Assembly: GCA_024137785.1 (NCBI GenBank)
Contig: JAHRHZ010000047.1
Span: 9,986,331-10,050,330 of the forward strand
DNA: 64,000 nt
Origin: Ginglymostoma cirratum
Taxonomy: Eukaryota
Reading direction: 5' to 3'
The notes under the pieces were generated by a model that worked only from the letters and a program-made list of their open reading frames with translations, was not told where the DNA came from and ran no database searches. The position numbers and the translations under genes are program-made. This document shows positions 23,771-36,810 of the stretch, piece after piece (the first letter of the stretch is position 1; every line of letters starts with the position of its first letter).

Positions 23771-26700
23771 TGTTTTGTAATTTGAGGAGCTCAGATCATT
23801 TGGGCCATGTTGAAAATGGAATATCTTAATGCTGCAAGGAACTCTTCTGATTTTGAATTTGAACATGATTTTCATAGATGCATAGATAATATCCACTAAT
23901 ATCTAACAATGTTTCTTGGTGCAATGTCAAACTAGACAGAGGATATCTGTTTTGGTCACTTTTCTTGAGGTCAAATGAGTCCTATTGCTCACAGTTTGAA
24001 CAATCAGTCAGTGAATAAAAGGTTCACAATAAGTATTGAAGCAGAAAAGTAGGTGAGGTGTTAGATTTAACATTTCACAAGATAAGAGGAAATGGCTCCA
24101 CATTCAGCCATCATTTATGTTGCTCCATTCACAGTTAGGAACAGTCATTAAGTGTCCTTTCTACTTATAATGTGAAGGTAGCGCATGCAGTGAGAAAGGC
24201 CACTGCTGTTTTGTGATTTTGCTTTCTTTCTCTGAGTGCTCATGTTGCTCAACTAAAACCGATAGCCTACCTTCTTGATTCATACATGATGAGTTAGCTG
24301 GTTATTAATCATATTTGTTGATTGTGAGACCTTGTTGTATGCAAGTTGACTACTACAATCGTTTCTTAACTTGTTCTGTAAATGTCCTGTTAAATTCTGT
24401 CAGAGCTGTTAACATCAGCCAGGGTAGAATATTTCGCAGAAACCGGATTCTCCATGGCTGGGTTCAGTAATTTATTTCTGTCCATTTTAGCCTGTATCTC
24501 TTCAGATTTATCACATTTTCCATCGAACTGTCGGTGGATCAGCAGTCAAATGTCAACGTGAAAGATCATTTGGCAAAGTTCGACTGTTCTTTGAAATTAT
24601 AATTGCTTACGTTGGGCTCAATTCCAGTTGTTCATGATGTTGCTCCCTACAAAATAATATTGCAGCTTCTCGCTCTCCACTCTGATAGTATGGAAGAAGC
24701 TGATATCATTTCTGACTCCGATTCATCCTCAAGATTTGAAACAACTAAACTTGCCAGCTGCCTAGGTCTTTCCTTTCTCCTATAACATGCAGGATCACAC
24801 AGTGGCCCTGAAACATTGGTGGTTTTGGGGTTAAGACAGGGAGGCATTTAATTGAGTGTGAGGGCACTGGGTGAGCATCCTGCCTTCTTCCTGATCCTGC
24901 AACAATTAAAACCCTGGAGGGAAGGCTAATGGGTAACTCTCTTGCCCCATAAGCAATTTAGGCTCATTAGAGGGCAACTAATAGCCGCTTAAAGCAACGC
25001 AGGGTGGGCTGGTGAAGATTGAAGTCCCTGGCAGCAACAAGGCATGACCCATTGAAACCCAATGTGGGACTACAGCAGTGGAGAAGGAGAAGCTAGAGTC
25101 TCTTTAACTTATCCTTTTTTAAATTGTATTTTAAGTTAATAAGAATGGCACCAATGCATGGTGATGACTTAACCTTTTCACTGAATTTTATATTGAATAC
25201 ATCTGACAATAAATTATTCAATTCAATTCAGTTCTCATTCAGGCCCTACTGATACACCAGGTACCTGAGGACTAAAGCCTAGTGTATTTGCATGGGGCTT
25301 CCGGAAGGGGACAGGCATTAGGAAATGGGAGGGGGTTGGGACAAGGACCTGTGATATCCAATCCCCCACCTTGCCTGTGCCTTCAACATCCCTCTAATCC
25401 AGACATCCACAACTGTTCAAACTCAAATCCATCAAAATAACTAATAATGAACACTTCATACTATTTAAAACAGTGGGTTGGGGAATAGGGAGGTGTGAAC
25501 ATTCAGTCATTCAAACATTGCAATGGTGGCAAATAAAGAAGATAGGAAACAGCATCTGAAAGGAACATTACTGGATCTAGTATCTGATAATCCAGGGCAC
25601 AATGTGAAAGTAATGAAAGAGGTTATCTTTCAGCTTGAAAGCTGTGTCAATAATTAAAATTTGAAGAGACAGTTTTACCAGTGAAGAGAGAACTGGGGAA
25701 GAGGGATACAATCTGAGAAATGCAGGTCTATAGGTTTACACCTGATATTGGTCCTCAGAGACCAGCTGATACTCAGAGACTGGACTGAGAAAATCAGCTG
25801 AAGGGGGGTCTTTTTTAATCCCTATTCTGTGCATTTTAATCCATAAGTACAGATTTCTTGGCTCAAATCTTGCTTTTTTCTGGCTAAGTCAGAGTTATGT
25901 CAAGTTTTGGAAGGTTTACCATATGAGGCTTCATGTGTTTACTCACCCTATCTTACCAAACTTGCCTCAGTAATGACCTAACCATCCCTATGGTGTCTCT
26001 GACATCCAATTCCAGCCACATTTTACCACGCACAATTCTCAGAACAGCTCACCACTCAATGGATAGTGCAGAATTCACTGGCATCCCTTACTCCCACACC
26101 ATCTTTAAAAGCCTGGTGTACATCCAGGTGAGCTCTATCTGTCTGCAGCAGCAATGCACAGTGTTTGACCTTTACCCTGGATATGGCAGGGGGCATAACC
26201 CACTGGCCTTGCAGGTAGGGTCCTGGAGGCCCTGCTGGATGAGGTAGAGCCAATGTGGAAACTCTAACTCCCCCAGGACCCGAAGTACAGGAGGTGACAC
26301 CTGACCGTGCCACCTGGCCTGAGGTTATCACCCTGCAGTCTCAGCATCTGGAGAAATGCACGGCTCTATAGGAAGAAGTTTAATACCAATAGATACTCTC
26401 TGAAATCTCAAACACACTCAATCTCTGCTGCTGAATTTATCTCCCCCCAAGACCCAAGCTTTAGCACTCTCAATATTGCCTGCAACACCTTCCCCACACA
26501 ATGTCACCCACCCTACCCCGGATATAGTCTTATAGAGTGCCCTCTGTGCTACTTACTCACTTATGATTAGTTCACTTACTTAATCTCTGAGGTGAGTTGG
26601 GCCGTTAACAAGAGAAACATATCAACCATGATCAAAGGGCAGAGCACACTCAATGAGTCGAACGGCTGAATTCTGTCCCTATATCTTATGGTTTTATGGT

Positions 26701-27663
26701 CTCATGTTCCTGTTCTTTCCAGTTTGGAAGAACGATATGAACCTTAAATTATATTAATGTTCTCTCATCAGGTCATATTTGATTTGGCTGTTTCTGCTCA
26801 TATTTAAGGCCGATATTTTACAAGTAATAATACATTTTACAGACAGATTGCAAGCGTTAAATTGAATATCTCTCCTGATTTTCATGACCTGTCCATAAGC
26901 AGATTGTGATTTAATTTTTCCCCTTTTTAAAATAGTGTTTGTGTTTTTACCACTCCCTTTAGTTGTGGCCTCCCACTTTGGGAGGAGCACAACAGCGCTG
27001 TTATAAAGTTATGGCAGAAGCAAGGTAATTTTATATACTTTAATACACTTTGCAACATAGATACATGCACAAACATGCGAATTATGAGTTGAAAGCAATA
27101 AAGAGAATATTCAATGAGTAAGAAATTAAATATAAAGCGGCCAAATGATATCAGTTTATCAATGTCCAAGCTTTTGAGCTGGAGCCCAAAGGTCCAAAGT
27201 TAGAGGTGATAGTTTCTTTGTGGAGATGGTTCATTGGCTAGCCAGCAGTTTAAGTATTGCGGAAAATTTCTTCTCTTTGAAGTTCCTTTGACTGTCGTCA
27301 GAGGGATATTGCTGAAATGTAATTCCAGCTTTACAGTTTTGATGAAAGAGAGTTGATTACTTGCAGAGAGGAAAAGTCCAGGATTTTGTTCTTTGGCTGT
27401 TTTCCTTTGTAGTTCAGAATTAAGTATTTTAATATCATCTGCAGATGTTGTATGAATCAGCATTGACCCCATTAACTGATTTTTATTTCAAAATCATACA
27501 GTTGGAATAGTTGCAGTCAGCACTGTGGGAGTCATGTGACCAAGCCTCCCAGCATTTGTGGGTAAGACTAACTATCAAGGCAAAGACTTGCAGTGCACAT
27601 AGCTTCATAGATGGGCCATAGGCTGTTGTCTAAGAAGACAGCCTTAAAACATCTTCTCACAGG

Positions 27664-28120
27664 ATCATAGTAACCCTATTGTATGGAAGCAGGCCATTTG
27701 GCCCATCAAGTCCACATCAAACCTCCAAAGCAGCCCACCCAGACACTCTATGACCCTGCATTTTCCATAGCTAATTCACCTAGTCTGCACATCTCTGGAC
27801 ACTATGGACAATCCACCTACCCTGCACATCTTTGGACTACGGGAGGAAACCCGCACAGGCGCAGAGAGAATGTGCAATCTCCACACAGAGAATTGAACCT
27901 GGATCCTTGATGCTGTGAGACAGCAGTGCTAACCACTGAGCCACTATGCCACCCCAAAAAGATAACCTGCACATCTTGGACTGTGGGAGGAAACTGGAGC
28001 ACCGGACAGAAACCTACACATGTGCAGGAAGAATGTACAAATTCTACACAGACAGCTAGGCTGGAATAGAGCCTGGTCCCTGGTGCTGTGAGGCAGCAGT
28101 GCCAACTACTGAGCCTCCTT
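27664..28120 (-). mobile_element. Two tandem HE1-type SINE copies (partial)
   Basis: Two heads ending near 27953 and 28120, each followed by CCTGCACATC(T)TTGGACT. Confidence 0.8.
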
Positions 28121-29158
28121 GCCAGAGGTAACTTGCAATTAATTGTGTTCGGTTTTCCTTGGAGACAATCTGTCTCTGGAACAGGCTGTATTACAATCCA
28201 GTCCAATCAGAAGTTAATAGGGTATTGATTGTCCATTTGACTTTGACATTTGAAGAAGCTTCTGGAAGGTTACTGCTCAGTCCAGTCACATAATTTCAGC
28301 AGTCATCATTGTGGTGTTGTTAATGTACTTTTCAAACATTTACCAAATACATTCATATAATACATAATAAAAGTAACGTATTAAAGTTGAATCTTAAACC
28401 ATTCATGACAATTCAAGCATAGAAACACGGGCATTGATCTATCTTTCCCTCTCATGTAACATTTGAAGATCATATGAAGGTCATATCATGAAAAGGAGTA
28501 GGTTTTCTATTTGTTGTCTAGATCTAAAGCTGGTACAATTAATCATTCACGTCATTGAAAATGGAGTGGTTTCTATGATGGATGAGCAATGCTTAATGCC
28601 AATTTTATGCCAGGGAAGCAGGCTGAAAATCTATTGGTTTGGGAAAATCTGAAGTTTGGCACTGAATGGATTAAACTTTAATTTCCTACCTTAACTTTCT
28701 GCCTCTTCTGGGTACTTGAATACTTGAGTTCAGGTCGTGCTTTCAGCATTTGGATCTCTTGTGGCCAATACCACTCTTCAAGCCAAGATAGAGATTGTCA
28801 TGCTCTGACAATCCAACACCCACAAATATTAGCCCAATCTCTTCCCTCTCACATATATGTGGAGTCATAGAATGGAGATCAAGAGCAGGGAGCCTGTCAG
28901 ATTTTTCTTTTCCCTAAAGGTGTAGAGGGTGATTACTGAGATCCTTTGAGACTGAGTGTTTGACCTTTGCAAGCTACTCTTTTGCAAAAGAACGTGATCT
29001 GTATCTCACAGGGAAAGTGCATCCCTCCAACAATGTATCTGAGTTCAACTGGATGCATTTCTCAAATCTGCATCTCACAGCTTACAAATCTCTCAAACAG
29101 TTTAGTCTCCAAATCAGACCCTCCCTCCCTTAACCAAAAACAGCAAACTATTCCAGGT

Positions 29159-29310
29159 GAGACAACAAGGTGTAGAGCTGGATGAACACAGCAGGCCAAG
29201 CAGCGTCAGAGGAGCAGGAAAGCTAACGTTTCAGGTCTAGGCCCTTCTGAAGACCACTCTACACCCTGTTGTCTCAGATTCTCCAGCATCAGCCGTTCCT
29301 ACTATCTCTC
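29159..29310. mobile_element. Fold-back Penelope-like pLTR remnant
   Basis: GAGACAACAAGGTGTAGAG pairs with CTCTACACCCTGTTGTCTC. Same family as 12139. Confidence 0.7.
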
Positions 29311-29554
29311 ATAAACTATTCCAGCTGGCATGTAGCATTTATGTCTTGTGAAAGTTAGATCAGAACAATCAGTACCGAAGGGATTAATTAGTACGTTGAA
29401 CTGCAGAGATCTGAACTCAATAACAATGAATTCTGAATTGCCCCTTGACCGCAAACTGTATGTCATCGAACAGCTAAGCTACAAGTGCAGGAACAAAAGA
29501 AATAATCACCAACTGTGGGTCCAGAGATCGGAAGGTAAGAGAAGGATTTGTTTT

Positions 29555-29910
29555 CCTTTATTCATTCACGGGCTGAGGGCATCGCTGGCTAGGCAGAATT
29601 TATTGCCCATCCCTAATTGCCCAGAGGGCACTTAAAAGTCAACCACATTGCTGTGGGTCTGGAGTCACATGTAGGCCAAACCAGGTAAAGATGGCAGTTT
29701 CCTTCCCTAAAGGACATTAGTAAACCAGATGGGTTTTTCCAACAATTGACAATGGATTCACAGTCATCATTAGATTCTTAATTCCAGATATTTACTGCAT
29801 TCAAATTCCACCATCTGCTGAGGTGGGATTCGAAACCCAGTCCCCAATATGTTATCTGGGTCTCTGGATTAACAGTCCAGCAATAACACCACGAGGCCAT
29901 CGCCTCCCCT
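29555..29910 (-). mobile_element. tRNA-derived SINE family 2, near full length
   Basis: Reverse strand gives GGGGAGGCGATGGCCTCGTGG..GGTTTCGAATCCC through the ATGAATAA-like tail. Confidence 0.88.
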
Positions 29911-30385
29911 CGTATGTTATTATTATGTGATAAAATTTTTATTGAGAACATTGAATCTTCTGAACCCATTGCACAATATTTCCCATTCACTCCCGTGTTC
30001 CTTCTCGTTCTGTGGTCTTGAGATCAACTCTATTTTGTTGTTTGCATTAGACATACTAAGCTGCTGATGTCATTGTGAAGTGGTTTTAGCTCCTTTGAAA
30101 CAGAAAAGATTTCTCTCTTTGGCTGTGAGAATTGGCCCAAACTTCTCATTAATAATTGATAAATAACTTCAATAATTGATCTATAAAAAGGACAAAAAAT
30201 AACTATGCGTATTGTCATGACTGATCTGTTTCTGTAGCATGGGCTTTTGTCTTCAGCAGTGTATTTGTAACTAATGGGGCAATACTCCAGTAACATAAGA
30301 ACTAGACATTTATAATGGGATGCTGCAATTTTCAAGAGATCTTTATTACAGTATCTGCATTTTTAAAGTTACAGATAACAAGTTG

Positions 30386-30704
30386 CATGGTGGCTCAGCA
30401 GTCAGCACAAGGGACCCAAATTTGATTCCACCCTCGGGCAACTGTGTGGAGTTTGCACATTCTCCCCATGTCTGTGTGGGTTTCTCTGGGGGCTCCAGTT
30501 TCCTCCCAAGGTCCAAAGATGTGCAGGTTAGGTGGATTGGTCATGCTAAATTGCCCATAGTGTCAGCGGATGTGCAGGCTAGATGGACTAGCCATGGGAA
30601 ATGCAGGGTTACAGGGATGGTGCGGGGTGGGATGCTCTTCAGAGAGTCAGTATGGACTTGTTGAGGCCAATGGGCTGTTTCCACACTATAGGGATTCTAT
30701 GATG
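30386..30704 (+). mobile_element. HE1-type V-SINE
   Basis: Head, central domain and tail match the other copies. Confidence 0.85.
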
Positions 30705-31974
30705 ACTTCAGTATCTGAGCTAATACTAAACTGTTCGGTTATAAACAACAGCATGCTTCAAGTGGCCCCAGTTAAGTTTGATACTGAGACCTTACACTCA
30801 GATCACATGCTATGATATAATGAACCTGGATAAGACATAATACCACAACGATCACACCGGAAATGCCTCAAAGTGGTCCATGAAAAGTAAATTTGTATAG
30901 CTTGTTTATAGTTTTTAACTTATAAATGTATCAATTTAATAGGAAGCAACAAAAGACTTATGCTTTAAACACAATAAAAGGTTGTTTATTACACAAATAT
31001 TGCTGGGAAGTTACTTAAAGAGAAAGCATTAAACTTATGAGTTAAAATACAGATACAAAGGTTGAAGCAAGCAATGCTAAAATTTAAGTATCAAGATGAA
31101 AATAAGGCATCAATTAATGTTGCTGGCCTGGTTTTCTTGATATATCTCACTCTTCTTCTGAAGCAAAGGGAGTAAAACTTGAAGTCAGATGCAACAGCCA
31201 TGATAGCTTCTGTAGTCGAGTAGTGGAATTTGCTCATGCAGGTGGACTCAGCAGCTCAGCAGGATTTGGTAGAAAACGTTTCTTGTTCCTTATGAGTTCT
31301 GTAGTTATGACATTTGCAGATTGCCTGATCTCTTTGGACTGAACAATAATTGATTTTTTGTACGCATTCCTCATTGTGTTTGCTTTGGCTGAGAACCCGC
31401 TCTTTGAAGATAAAACTCCAATTTCTTTCTGGTTGCTCGTAGCCTCTCTGAGCCTATTCTAAACAAGTCTCACAGTGACCTGACATGGAACCGTCTCACT
31501 TTTCCTTCACTGTAATGAGGGAAATATTGGGGAACTCCCTTCGGAACAGTGCTGTGGGTGTGGCTACACCACAAGGGCTACAGCACTTCAAGAAGACAGC
31601 TCACCGCTACCTCCTCAAAGACGTTTAGATGTTGGTACATGTCAATACCAATGTCTGTGAATGTGGGCTGCATGTGACTGGTGCCCATGGAGTGTGACCT
31701 GAGATGTTGGGGCATGGTGCCCAAAATGGAGGCTCATCAGAGCTAGGAACGAGATGAAGTTGCCAGTTACCTGCACTGACTTCCATGTCGAAGCTCTTGG
31801 CATCCAATTTGTTCAGCACATTTGGTAAGATAGGAGGCTGAATATTAATCTGGTGGGTTCAGCCATTAAGAAGGTATTTGACAAGCCCCTTGATTTGGCA
31901 ACTTGTCACAGGAAAAACTCACCGTGTCATTTGGCAGATGCATGAAGGATACGGTGAGGTGCTTGTGACATTGA

Positions 31975-32102
31975 GAGATAGCAAGAACTGCAGATGCTGG
32001 AGTCAGAGTCAATACAGTGTGGAGCTGGAGGAACACAGCAGGTCAGGCAGCATCAGAGGAGCAGGAAAGTTGATGTTTCAGCTTGAGACCTTTCATCAGA
32101 AC
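31975..32102 (-). mobile_element. Penelope-like pLTR fragment
   Basis: Reverse strand TTCTGATGAAAGGTCTCAAGCTGAAACATC.. followed by the family body. Confidence 0.65.
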
Positions 32103-32104
32103 TC

Positions 32105-32450
32105 TTGACAGGGTAAATGTGAATATGTTGTTTTCTCGTGTGGGACAGTCTAGGACCAGTGGGCATAGTCTCGGAATAAGGGCTTGCTCAGTTAGGACAG
32201 AGATGACAGGGAATTTCTACTCTGAGAGGGTAGAAAATCTGTGGAATTCTTTACCACAGAGGGCTGTAGTGGTTAATTGTTAAGTAATATCAAAGCTGAG
32301 TGAGACAGATTTTTACTCAGTAAGGGAGCGAAGGGTTGTGGGGAGAAGGCAGGAATGTAGAATTGAGGATTATCAGCTCAACTCTTTGAATGGTGGAGCA
32401 GACTCAATGGGCCAAACGACCTCCTTCAGCCTTTACATCTTATGGTTCTT
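32105..32450 (+). mobile_element. CR1 3' end
   Basis: LDRVNVNMLFSRVGQSRTSGHSL..NFYSERVENLWNSLP. Confidence 0.8.
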
Positions 32451-33334
32451 TCTTTTCCAATTTAGGGATTAATTTAGGGCTAGCCAACAGTATTCAGACA
32501 GCTCACCACTCACTCCATGGATACAGTATGGTCATTTTGCTGAGCATGTAGACAACATACATGTTGCATCTGGACTCTGTCATGTTCTCTGACATTGTAC
32601 TGACACTTAGTTCATGTAGATTGCTTTTAATCATCTGATGCACAGTGAAATCTCATTATTTTTCACTATGTTCTCTGTGGCAGGACACTATCTGTCACCA
32701 ATGAATTACTCGCTTAGCTGTCGCCTCTAGCTAACCTTCCACCCAGCACTGAGGCAAATCTCTGAGGATTTGCTGCAGGTATAAAGTTGACTGACTCTTC
32801 ATCTGACTTCCACATCACATGCCAGAAATAGAAATATTTTGATGAAAAGACAGGGTCTCCTTCCTCTGCATCACTTCAAACTGATCAAGGAAGAACAGCA
32901 TTGAATGGACACAACCTAATAAGGACAGAGTGAGATGGCTCTTTCAATTAAAGATTTCAACTGAAGCAAAACACTCACACTTTATCATTGGCAACCACCT
33001 CCCTCACCTCACTCTGGCATTCTGTCTGAAACAGTACTGACACAGTGCATATAGAAGTTAACAGTGCTTTTAGCTTTACCACGGCTAGGATACTGCAGAT
33101 TAAACTCTGCTCTCCAGCTGACCAACCATGTGAGTAAGTATTCTGTGGAATAGAAAGGGAGGGTTACCCACACCATAGTTAACCTGTGAGATCTTAGTAG
33201 GAGAGTTGAAAGCACTTCACTTGGTCCTTGACCCAGGTCATGCCGATGATCGGAATGGAATCTGGAAATAGGAGTTTATAGGTTTCCCCGTATTCACATC
33301 ACCTACCTCAACAAGCAGAAAAATAAACATGGGA

Positions 33335-33750
33335 AAGAAAGACTGTCACAATCGTGCACCATCCCAAAAGTCAGTTAAGTATTTTTGAAGTGTGGTCACC
33401 ATTGTAATGGGGGCCAGTTTGCACAAGTTCCCACAAAATGCAATGTGATGGCCAGTTAATCTGTTTAATTGAATCACTTGGGGGTTAAATGCTGCTGAAG
33501 ACATTGGGGGTAACTTTCCTGCTCTTTTTGAAAGTAGTGTCATGGGATCTTTTAAACTTACCTAAGAGAACAAATAATGCCTTGGTCTATGATCTCTTCC
33601 AAAATATGACGCCTCAGACAGTGTAGCAATCATTTCATACTGGGCTGCGGACCCAGTTACAACCTTTGCTTTCAAGTCCTGGAGTGGGACTTGAACTATC
33701 AGCTCTGGGTTAGAGATAACAACCAATTACTGAGCCATAAGTGACACAGA
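33335..33750 (-). mobile_element. Deu-domain (SacSINE1-like) SINE
   Basis: Reverse tRNA-like head (TGGCTCAGTAATTGG..AGTTCAAGTCCCACTCCAG) and body shared with 39880-40297. Confidence 0.65.
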
Positions 33751-34751
33751 AAAGAAAAAAATAATGCACAAGATAAAGAAAATAAGATATATCAACATCT
33801 CACAACCAACAAAATTTTCTGCCTTAACACCCAACTTGAACTTTCATGAACTGATCTGCTTCAAGCAATTTATACAATTTTAACTTAACATCGAATGCCT
33901 TCAAGGTGCTGTAGATTCTGGAGTGCTGGTTCTACTTAGATTTACTTAGAGGCTAATTGAACACATCTATTTTCACAAAGTGCATTAAGCAGTCAAGAAA
34001 GCATTGTTCGCGAATTTATTTAATTCTGGCTCCAGTCTCCACTCCTCCTCCTCTGCTAAATTTACCAGGTCCTTGCTATGGCAGTCCCACAAGGGTTTAA
34101 TGCGGAGTTTATTACCTCAATCAACTGATTAATCTCTATCAGGGAACTGATATTTTGCATATTACTGCGTTACCATACTTCCAATGAGCGGCTCAAAATA
34201 AAAACTTGTATTAATATGCCACCTTAAAAAGTCTCAATCTCCAGATGTCCCAAAGAACTTTACAGCCAGATTTTGACAAGTTATCAATGTTGTAATATAG
34301 GAAACATGGCTGTCACTTTTCACACAGTAAGTTCCCAAAAACAGAAATGTGATAATGATCTGATAAACTACATTAAAATCCTGCTGAAGGCAATGCAGAG
34401 TAAATGTTGCGTGGTATGTGTGGTATGCATGTAAAAATGAGATCTTCAAACCAGACCAGTAAGAGTTAATCGTTAAAAAATAATTAAACATGGCAATAAG
34501 CAAGTGAAGCAAAGTGGACAAGGACATGAAAAACAGACCTGGTGTAAAATAAAACAGTCTGCTTAGACTAGGAAATAATTACATAACCTCGATTATTTGT
34601 GGGAACCATTCTTTTACGTAGTTAACACAGAGCCACCTGGAAATGTTTTCTGCACAACAGAACATCTGCAAAAGTACTAAAAATACTAGGAAATGGTGAA
34701 ATAGCACATAACCAGAATAGTATTAATATCAGGGTTTCGGTCCCATTTGTA

Positions 34752-35935
34752 GGACATTCCCATCGCACTTGGGTCTGTGAGACCGTGACATTCCCATCGC
34801 ACTGGGGTCTGTGTGACCAGGACATTCCCATCGCACTGGGGTCTGTGTGACCGGGACATTCCCAACGCACTGGGGTCTNNNNNNNNNNTGGGACATTCCC
34901 AACGCACTGGGGTCTGTGTGACCGGGACATTCCCATCGCACTGGGGTCTGTGTGACCGGGATATTCCCAACGCACTGGGGTCTGTGTGACNNNNNNNNNN
35001 NNNNNNNNNNNNNNNNNNNNNNNNNNNNNNNNNNNNNNNNNNNNNNNNNNNNNNNNNNNNNNNNNNNNNNNNNNNNNNNNNNNNNNNNNNCGCACTGGGG
35101 TCTGTGTGACCGGGACATTCCCAACGCACTGGGGTCTGTGTGACCGGGACATTCCCATCGCACTGGGGTCTGTGTGACCGGGATATTCCCAACGCACTGG
35201 GGTCTGTGTGACCGGGACATTCCCATCGCACTGGGGTCTGTGTGACTGGGACATTCCCATCGCACTGGGGTCTGTGTGACCGGGATATTCCCAACGCACT
35301 GGGGTCTGTGTGACTGGGACATTCCCATCGCACTGGGGTCTGTGTGACTGGGACATTCCCAACGCACTGGGGTCTGTGTGACCGGGACATTCCCATCGCA
35401 CTGGGGTCTGTGTGACCGGGATATTCCCAACGCACTGGGGTCTGTGTGACCGGGATATTCCCAACGCACTGGGGTCTATGTGGCTGGGACATTCCCATCG
35501 CACTGGGGTCTGTGTGACTGGGACATTCCCCATCGAACTGGCATCTGTGTGGCTGGGACATTCCCATCGCACTGGGGTCTGTGTGACCGGGACATTCCCA
35601 TCGCACTGGGGTTCGTGAGACCAGAACTTTCCCCATTAGACTAGGGCCCGTGAGACCTGGACATTCTCCATTGGAGTGTGGTCTGTCAGTCTGGAACTTT
35701 CTCCATCGGACTAGGCTCCGTGCGACCAGGACATTCCAATTGGACTGGGGTCTGTGAACCTGGAACTTTCCCCATCAGACAAGGGCTGTGAGACAAGGAC
35801 ATTCCCATTAGACTGGTGTCTAATGTGAAGCTGGAACTTTCCCCATCGGACTAGGGTTGGTGAGACCGGGACATTTCCAGTGGACTGGAATCTGTGAGAC
35901 CGAAACGTTCACCATCCGACCAGGGTTGTGAACCA
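34752..35935. repeat. 34-bp minisatellite (GGGACATTCCCATCGCACTGGGGTCTGTGTGACC)n
   Basis: Exact 34-bp periodicity (e.g. 35112, 35146, 35180 ... 35520), two internal N gaps, and degenerate units at 35625-35935. Confidence 0.97.
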
Positions 35936-36399
35936 GTGCTGTGGAATCTGAGAGAGATCTCTGAGTGCCAGCCATAACCTAGGAATCCCTGTCAAGGAAA
36001 AGGCAGCCAGACTCACTTGTTGAACATGTCAAAAATAGTTTAAGCTGATTGGCTCACTCATTAGTTTACACATATCTAAAGTAGATTAAGTTAATAAGCT
36101 TGCTTTATATCAAAGCCCATGTGCCTTCTTGTATTTATTTTAATCAGACCTTAACAAACCTGCTAGGCACTGTCAACCTAAAATAGTGTCTAAAACTCAT
36201 GTTCTACTCAAACCTGTGGGTTCCCTACATGGCAGATTAGCCTAAAGTAACACAACAATTTGGTTGACTCTTAATTATCCTCCTAGATGGCTGAGAAAGC
36301 TCCTCAGGATAGGCAAAAAAAAGTTGATCTACTTTGCCAGCAACACTCATGTCTTAAAAACCAATATCCCCAATGCCATCATTTTCGTGTTGCTATGAG

Positions 36400-36810
36400 G
36401 TTCTATCCCATTAATGAAGATCATAGTATAGCTGCCTTATCTCTCAATCTTAATTGTCAGGCCCCTCCATGGTCACATGCTTGCACTCTGTGTAATCTAC
36501 TCTGGCCTCACAACTCTTCAAGGTATCTAAGCTCATCAAATTCTGACCCTGGGAGTTCACCAATTGTAATTGTTCTGCCACTGGGAGCAGTATATGCAAC
36601 TGCCTCTGTCCAACTCTCTGGAATTCCTTCCCTCAACTGCTCAACATCAACCATTAAGATACTCCTTCAAAATTATCTCTGTGACCAAGCTTCTTGGGCG
36701 TCTGCCCTGATGACATTGTATACGGCCCAGTATCAAATTTAATAATGTTCCTGTGAAGCAGCTGGGGATGTTTTACAATACATTAAAAGCATGAGCACAC
36801 AAGTTGCTGT
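36400..36810 (+). mobile_element. Old L2-like LINE 3' end
   Basis: …ctctggaattccttccct…taagatactccttcaaaattatctctgtgaccaagctt…gtgaagcagctggggatgtttt. Confidence 0.6.

Noticed and set aside
34752-35625. CRISPR-like array
   Set aside because: Units are head-to-tail with no unique spacers, there are no cas genes, and the DNA is vertebrate.
34622-35636. Three overlapping 246-316 aa minus-strand ORFs
   Set aside because: They result from a stop-free 34-bp unit cycling through all frames. There are no splice signals or recognisable protein family, and they run through N gaps.
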